Shown here: positions 59,583-64,000 of the stretch, in pieces
Position numbering within the stretch: position 1 is the stretch's first letter
Layout of the letters: every line of letters begins with the position of its first letter
Source of the DNA: Octopus sinensis
Lineage: Eukaryota
Reading direction: 5' to 3'
Assembly: GCF_006345805.1 (NCBI RefSeq)
Contig: NC_042998.1
Location: 160,580,001 to 160,644,000, forward strand
Length of the DNA stretch: 64,000 nt
Notes under the pieces: generated by a model
Seen by the model: only the letters and a program-made list of their open reading frames with translations
What the model was told of the DNA's origin: nothing
Database searches by the model: none
Position numbers and translations under genes: made by a program

Positions 59583-59825
59583 ATATATATACATTTTCAG
59601 AATGTAACCACATGTGAATTGTTGGCGATTTTCTTGCTCCATCTTCCTTTTCTATTGGACTTTCTGCTGCTTCTGAAGAAGAGCTCTGCTTGAAATGTTA
59701 AATCATCTTTCTTTCCTTCCCTGAGCGTCTACTAAAACTTTACAAGTACCGCATGCTCGCGTTGTTGTTTTTTGTGTGCTTGTTCTTCGTTTTTTTGGGA
59801 TTTACCATATATATATATATATATA
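59583..59825 (+). mobile_element. Solo PLE pLTR-like module between TA tracts with a hammerhead-like motif
   Basis: Pyrimidine-rich. CTGAAGA-A-GAGC-TCT-GCTT-GAAA-TGTT at 59673-59699, followed by CCTGAG(C/T)GTC as in the 35960 module. Confidence 0.6.
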
Positions 59826-59944
59826 TATTGGCCTGTTCGCTTAGCCAGCGGGGTGGTGTCATTCGAAGGCTAAAACAATGCGAACGCATTGTGACCAGCG
59901 ATGTGTAAAACATCTGCTGGTCTGGTCGGTCACGTGATCACATG

Positions 59945-60029
<85 letters not shown>

Positions 60030-60125
60030 CATATATATATATATACATATATATGTGTGTGTGTGTGTGTATGTATGTATGCATATATATATACATATAT
60101 ACATATGATGTGTGTGTGTGTGTAT
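59945..60125. repeat. (TA)n/(TG)n compound microsatellite
   Basis: Direct inspection. Confidence 0.95.
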
Positions 60126-60175
60126 TGTATGTATTAAATTTAAGTAAATACCACAGACTAAAGCGACACTTTACT

Positions 60176-60920
60176 GTTCCAGTGCATCTAATCAATCTCA
60201 GCCCCCCACATCTCTCCCTGTCCACTGCAACTCTTCCCCACTCCTGATATCACTTTTTTCTCTTGCTATCCATATCCATGTCACTTGTTAACCATTCTCC
60301 TTCATTAATACTATTCTCCAGGTGCACATGTTACAGTGGCCATCCCATCATCCTTTCCCTAGACCACCCTCAAATTATCTTTTCTCATGTATTATGCCTG
60401 TCTATCTCTCCTCTCCACTCTTGCAGTCCACCCAAACTTCATCTATTTTCTTCCCATATACTCTTGAACCACCCCACATCTACTACTCTTACCTGAGGTG
60501 CCACCTGGACACCTCATCACCACTATCCATCACTTTGGAGATACCACCAATTCATTCTCACTCTCCTATATACTCCCTCCCTTATATATGAGTAGCCAAG
60601 TAGCTCCTCTACAAAAGGAACCTTCTCCACCCCAACTTCTTCCCTCATACCTTAACCACCATCTAACATAAGGAGGCACACCTACTCCTTGGGTTTGTAA
60701 ACTTGTGAACTGCATGGTGACCTCAGTTGTGCTATTGGCACGAAACAAGCACCCAGTACACACTGTAAAGTAGTTGGCATTAGAAAGGCCATCCAGCCAC
60801 AGAAACCATGGCAATGCAGATGCTGGTGCATGATACAGTCCTTGGACTCATCAAATCCTTATCAAAACTCCAACCTGTTCCAGCATGGAACAAGAACATT
60901 AAATGATGATGATGATGAGG
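60176..60920 (+). mobile_element. RTE-tailed element with a long pyrimidine-rich body
   Basis: GGTGACCTCAG..AAGCACCCAGTACACACTGTAAAGTAGTTGGCATTAGAAAGGCCATCCAGCC..CAGCATGGAA..TTAAATGATGATG. Related to 8250-8850. Confidence 0.75.
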
Positions 60921-60984
60921 AAATGTAGAGATATAGATACAGTTATATGTTTATGAATGTGTGTGTATACATACATATATACAT

Positions 60985-61028
<44 letters not shown>

Positions 61029-62077
61029 ATGTCTTATAGCTATAAAGAAATATTCATATACCATTTTTTACTTTAAAATTAACATTTTAGATACATGTAT
61101 ACTGTTTGATTTAAAGAAGTGTATGAGAAAGTTATGCAAACAATAGTTTGACTGTGGTTTATTAAAAATAAATATTAATTAGTGTCTTAGATTATGCCTT
61201 TAAATTTCCAGCAGAATTCAAGTCTCAATGTCCTTGGAAGTTCCCATATGTAAATGGTCTGGTTCATATCACAGAATCAATACTAAGATGTTCGTTAATG
61301 GTCAGCAACTCTACAAGCCAACAGTGAAGGAACTTAATATTATCTGTGCAATCAATGAATACACAAGATGTATAGTGGCATTCAAGCGGATTGCCAATGA
61401 ACAAACATTTTCACTAAGTGCATTGATGCATTGACATGATAGACATTACATGTAGTCAAGACCTAAATACCACAGACTAAAGTGACACTTTACTTAAAGT
61501 AGTATATAACTTCTGTTATTCAGTAGAGTTAATGATTGTGGTTGATGGGATTAATAGTAACATACTAGCTTCAGTTCTTAATAGTTTAAAAAGGTCTGAG
61601 AAATTTTGCTCTTGCTCAAAAGCATTTATTATTCACAAGTGAATAGCCGCATGATGCCATGTGATAAAAGGGAGTTGGTTACTTTATAATGCTCAAATAT
61701 AATCTGTAAACTTTGAAGGCTAGAATGTGATATGTATGATCCATTGGATCAATGAAATCATCTGTGATCAAATGAATTTAGAAAATCGAGCACTAGTCAT
61801 TAAAAACTGCTTGCAAGTGAGATAATAAGCAGTATAAATTACAGGTTACTTAACTCAAAGATATTGAAGATGCCACAAAATTACAATTAGAAGGATTATT
61901 TTATAGATTTAGTCAAATTATATGTACATATACATACATGCACACATACACACACACATATCTATATAATTTATATATACATACATATGCATATGTGTGT
62001 ATGTGTACATGTGTATGTGCAAGTATGTGTGTATGTGTGTATGTAAATTTTGCATATATATAATATATATATATAAA

Positions 62078-62422
62078 TCAAATGGAAATTGTAGTTGTGA
62101 TACCCGTGCTGGTGGCACATAAAAAGCACCATCCGAACGTGGCTGATGCCAGTGCTGCCATTGACTGGCTTCCGTGCCAGTAGCACATAAAAAGCACCAA
62201 CTGATCATGGTTGTTGCCAGCCCCCTCTGGCCCCTGTGCTGGTGGAACATAAAAAGCATGCACTACATTCACGGAGTGGTTGGCATTAGGAGGGGCATCC
62301 AGCTGTAGAAACACTGCCAGATTGGACTGGAGCCTGGTGCAGCCTCTTGGCTTCCCAGACCCCAGGTGAACCGTCCAACCCATACTAGCATGGAAAACGG
62401 ACGTTAAACGATGATGATGATA
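62078..62422 (+). mobile_element. 5'-truncated RTE 3'UTR with (GAT)n tail
   Basis: Three GTGCNRGTGGCAC-ATAAAAAGCACC units, GGAGTGGTTGGCATTAGGAGGGGCATCCAGC, and GGACGTTAAAC(GAT)n. Confidence 0.9.
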
Positions 62423-63034
62423 ATATATGGATAATTTACATATATATATATATATATATATATACGTATATATATATAAATTATACATATATATGAATGA
62501 AAATATTCTACATACATACATTCACATGTATGTATGTGAATTTTAGCTTTCATACAAATCAGTAATTGCCTTGTTTGCTGATTTCTGTATCAGAATGATT
62601 TCAGGTGTTTGTCACTGATGAGACCAAATCAATTCAAAACATCAGTGTTTGATGATCCACTGATAACATTTTGAGTGAGCTCTTTGTTTTTAACATACTC
62701 TTAAGAGAAGTTTCTCTGAGAAATAAAAAAGCTAGTGATGTTCAATATTTGTTTATACATTATGAATATTATACGCTCCATTATTGTATGTTTATTATCA
62801 AACTGGATGTGTGATATTTTCACATGTTAATGAAACGTACTTTGAAGTATTCAGTGTTGTTAGCATACAGAATACTCATGCAATGAAAAGTTAAATAAAG
62901 TAGGTAGTATTTTACCATAGTCAAATTGAAGATAGGTAGCAAAGACAGATGTTTGAGTTTATGTTAACAGAAAATGAATTAGTGAACTAAGTTTGAGAGA
63001 AAACAGTGAAAATTAAACTATTTGAGTGAAAGAG

Positions 63035-63052
63035 AGATAGATAGAGATAGAC

Positions 63053-63125
<73 letters not shown>
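63035..63125. repeat. (AGAT)n(AG)n microsatellite
   Basis: Direct inspection. Confidence 0.95.
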
Positions 63126-63130
<5 letters not shown>

Positions 63131-63434
63131 ATAAGGCCTTGGGGGCCAAAATGCATTTGGTGCTGTCCCATCTTGATAAATAAGTATGACACGATAGTAG
63201 GAAATTTTTGCCTCTTTACATCTACATACAACAATGTGTACACTCGCACATTTTTCTTTGCCTCTGAGAGACAAAAGGAGAGAGAAAATTAATGCTTTAA
63301 GAAAAACATTGAATTTAAATATGATGTCTATTTTTCAAGATAATAAAAAAAAAAATTTGAAATTTGGATAAGGGTAACTATCGTTAGAACACACTCTAAC
63401 ACATAAAAATAATACATAAAATTTTCAAACCAAT

Positions 63435-63648
63435 GAATGAACCTCTATGTGGTTTCTCAGTCTGCTAGAAATAGCAGCCAAATCTCCTTCTAATCACATT
63501 CTACAATCTTAAAAAGGGATACTTGGATAATGTGATTTGGGGTTCTCTACAAATAGGAATATGTTGGGAGGGTCACAGGTAGAATACTTTTGATCAAAGG
63601 TCTGCCCAGTCATGACTGATCAGAGCTAAGCAACAACAACAACAATAA
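63435..63648 (+). mobile_element. Repeat family D with (CAA)n tail
   Basis: CCTCTATGTGG..CTGCTAGAAATAGCAGCCAAATCTCC..TTTGATCAAAGGTCTGC..GCTAAGCAACAACAACAAC. Confidence 0.75.
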
Positions 63649-64000
63649 TCTGAAATTCTGTCATGGAAATAGTTAGGCCATGTCTAATAGTATTTGTAAT
63701 ACAGAACATACTGGCATGATAATAAATCAATTCCCTTTTTAAAAACTGATTTTGCTGTTATACAGCAAACAAAAATGTTAGCTATAATGTTTGATCTTTG
63801 TTGCGTTAATAAATCTAATGTATTACATATTAACCCAGTGTCCCTCTCACTTAAGAAAAGTCATTGACAGGATGTAAGAATCAACAATAACAACTCCATG
63901 ACATCAAGAGGTTTGCTGTCAAGTACTTTATGAAGAAGGTAAATGCTTGGAGTCAAAATTTGCTAAAGTTTACAGCAACTAGTTGAGGTTTCGTTATCAG

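Noticed and set aside
62611-62647. CTGATGA-GACC..ATTC-AAAAC-ATC hammerhead-like string
   Set aside because: Stem II has only 2 pairs, G12 is absent, and the 3' strand pairs with the core itself (CACTGATG/CATCAGTG) rather than forming stem I. At best a very decayed relic.
8184-63249. Many ORFs rich in IY/CV/HT/RE/LS dipeptides (e.g. 8184-8447, 9074-9378, 47854-48039, 48344-48739, 59938-60247, 63013-63249)
   Set aside because: They are translations of (TA)n, (TG)n, (GA)n and (CT)n microsatellites, which lack stop codons.
1-64000. Fanzor/TnpB, viral or other large novel protein systems
   Set aside because: No ORF or broken frame with RuvC, integrase, capsid or helicase motifs was seen. All longer coding remnants are explained by PLE, RTE, CR1/L2 and mariner elements.

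Overview
AT-rich eukaryotic genomic DNA, packed with repeats and microsatellites. The SINE, RTE and MITE content most resembles an octopus (coleoid cephalopod) genome; this is inferred from repeat families and not proven. No intact protein-coding gene can be assembled, only a few candidate exons (best: a terminal exon at 16829-16956). The window is dominated by: (1) three tRNA-headed SINE families (labelled A, B, C here) and a (CAA)n-tailed repeat (D); (2) 5'-truncated RTE LINEs with (GAT)n tails and one longer RTE RT remnant carrying a PHD-like finger inside the RT; (3) a CR1/L2-type LINE 3' fragment; (4) DNA transposon derivatives (mariner, hAT and piggyBac MITEs, a Helentron/HINE-like element); (5) two decayed Penelope-like elements (RT plus GIY-YIG). 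The most interesting layer is a set of minimal type-I hammerhead ribozyme (HHR) motifs in short non-coding modules: at 6271-6355, 35989-36024 and 59671-59703, and above all inside a 277-bp tRNA-headed SINE with a 14-bp TSD (54092-54368) that carries a near-canonical HHR plus an adjacent HHR-like variant. Two asymmetric fold-back hairpins sit in (TA)n arrays, and a repeated compact pseudoknot-like motif occurs in the RTE 3'UTRs. All alignments and folds were done by eye, so boundaries of old repeats are approximate (about 10-30 bp).
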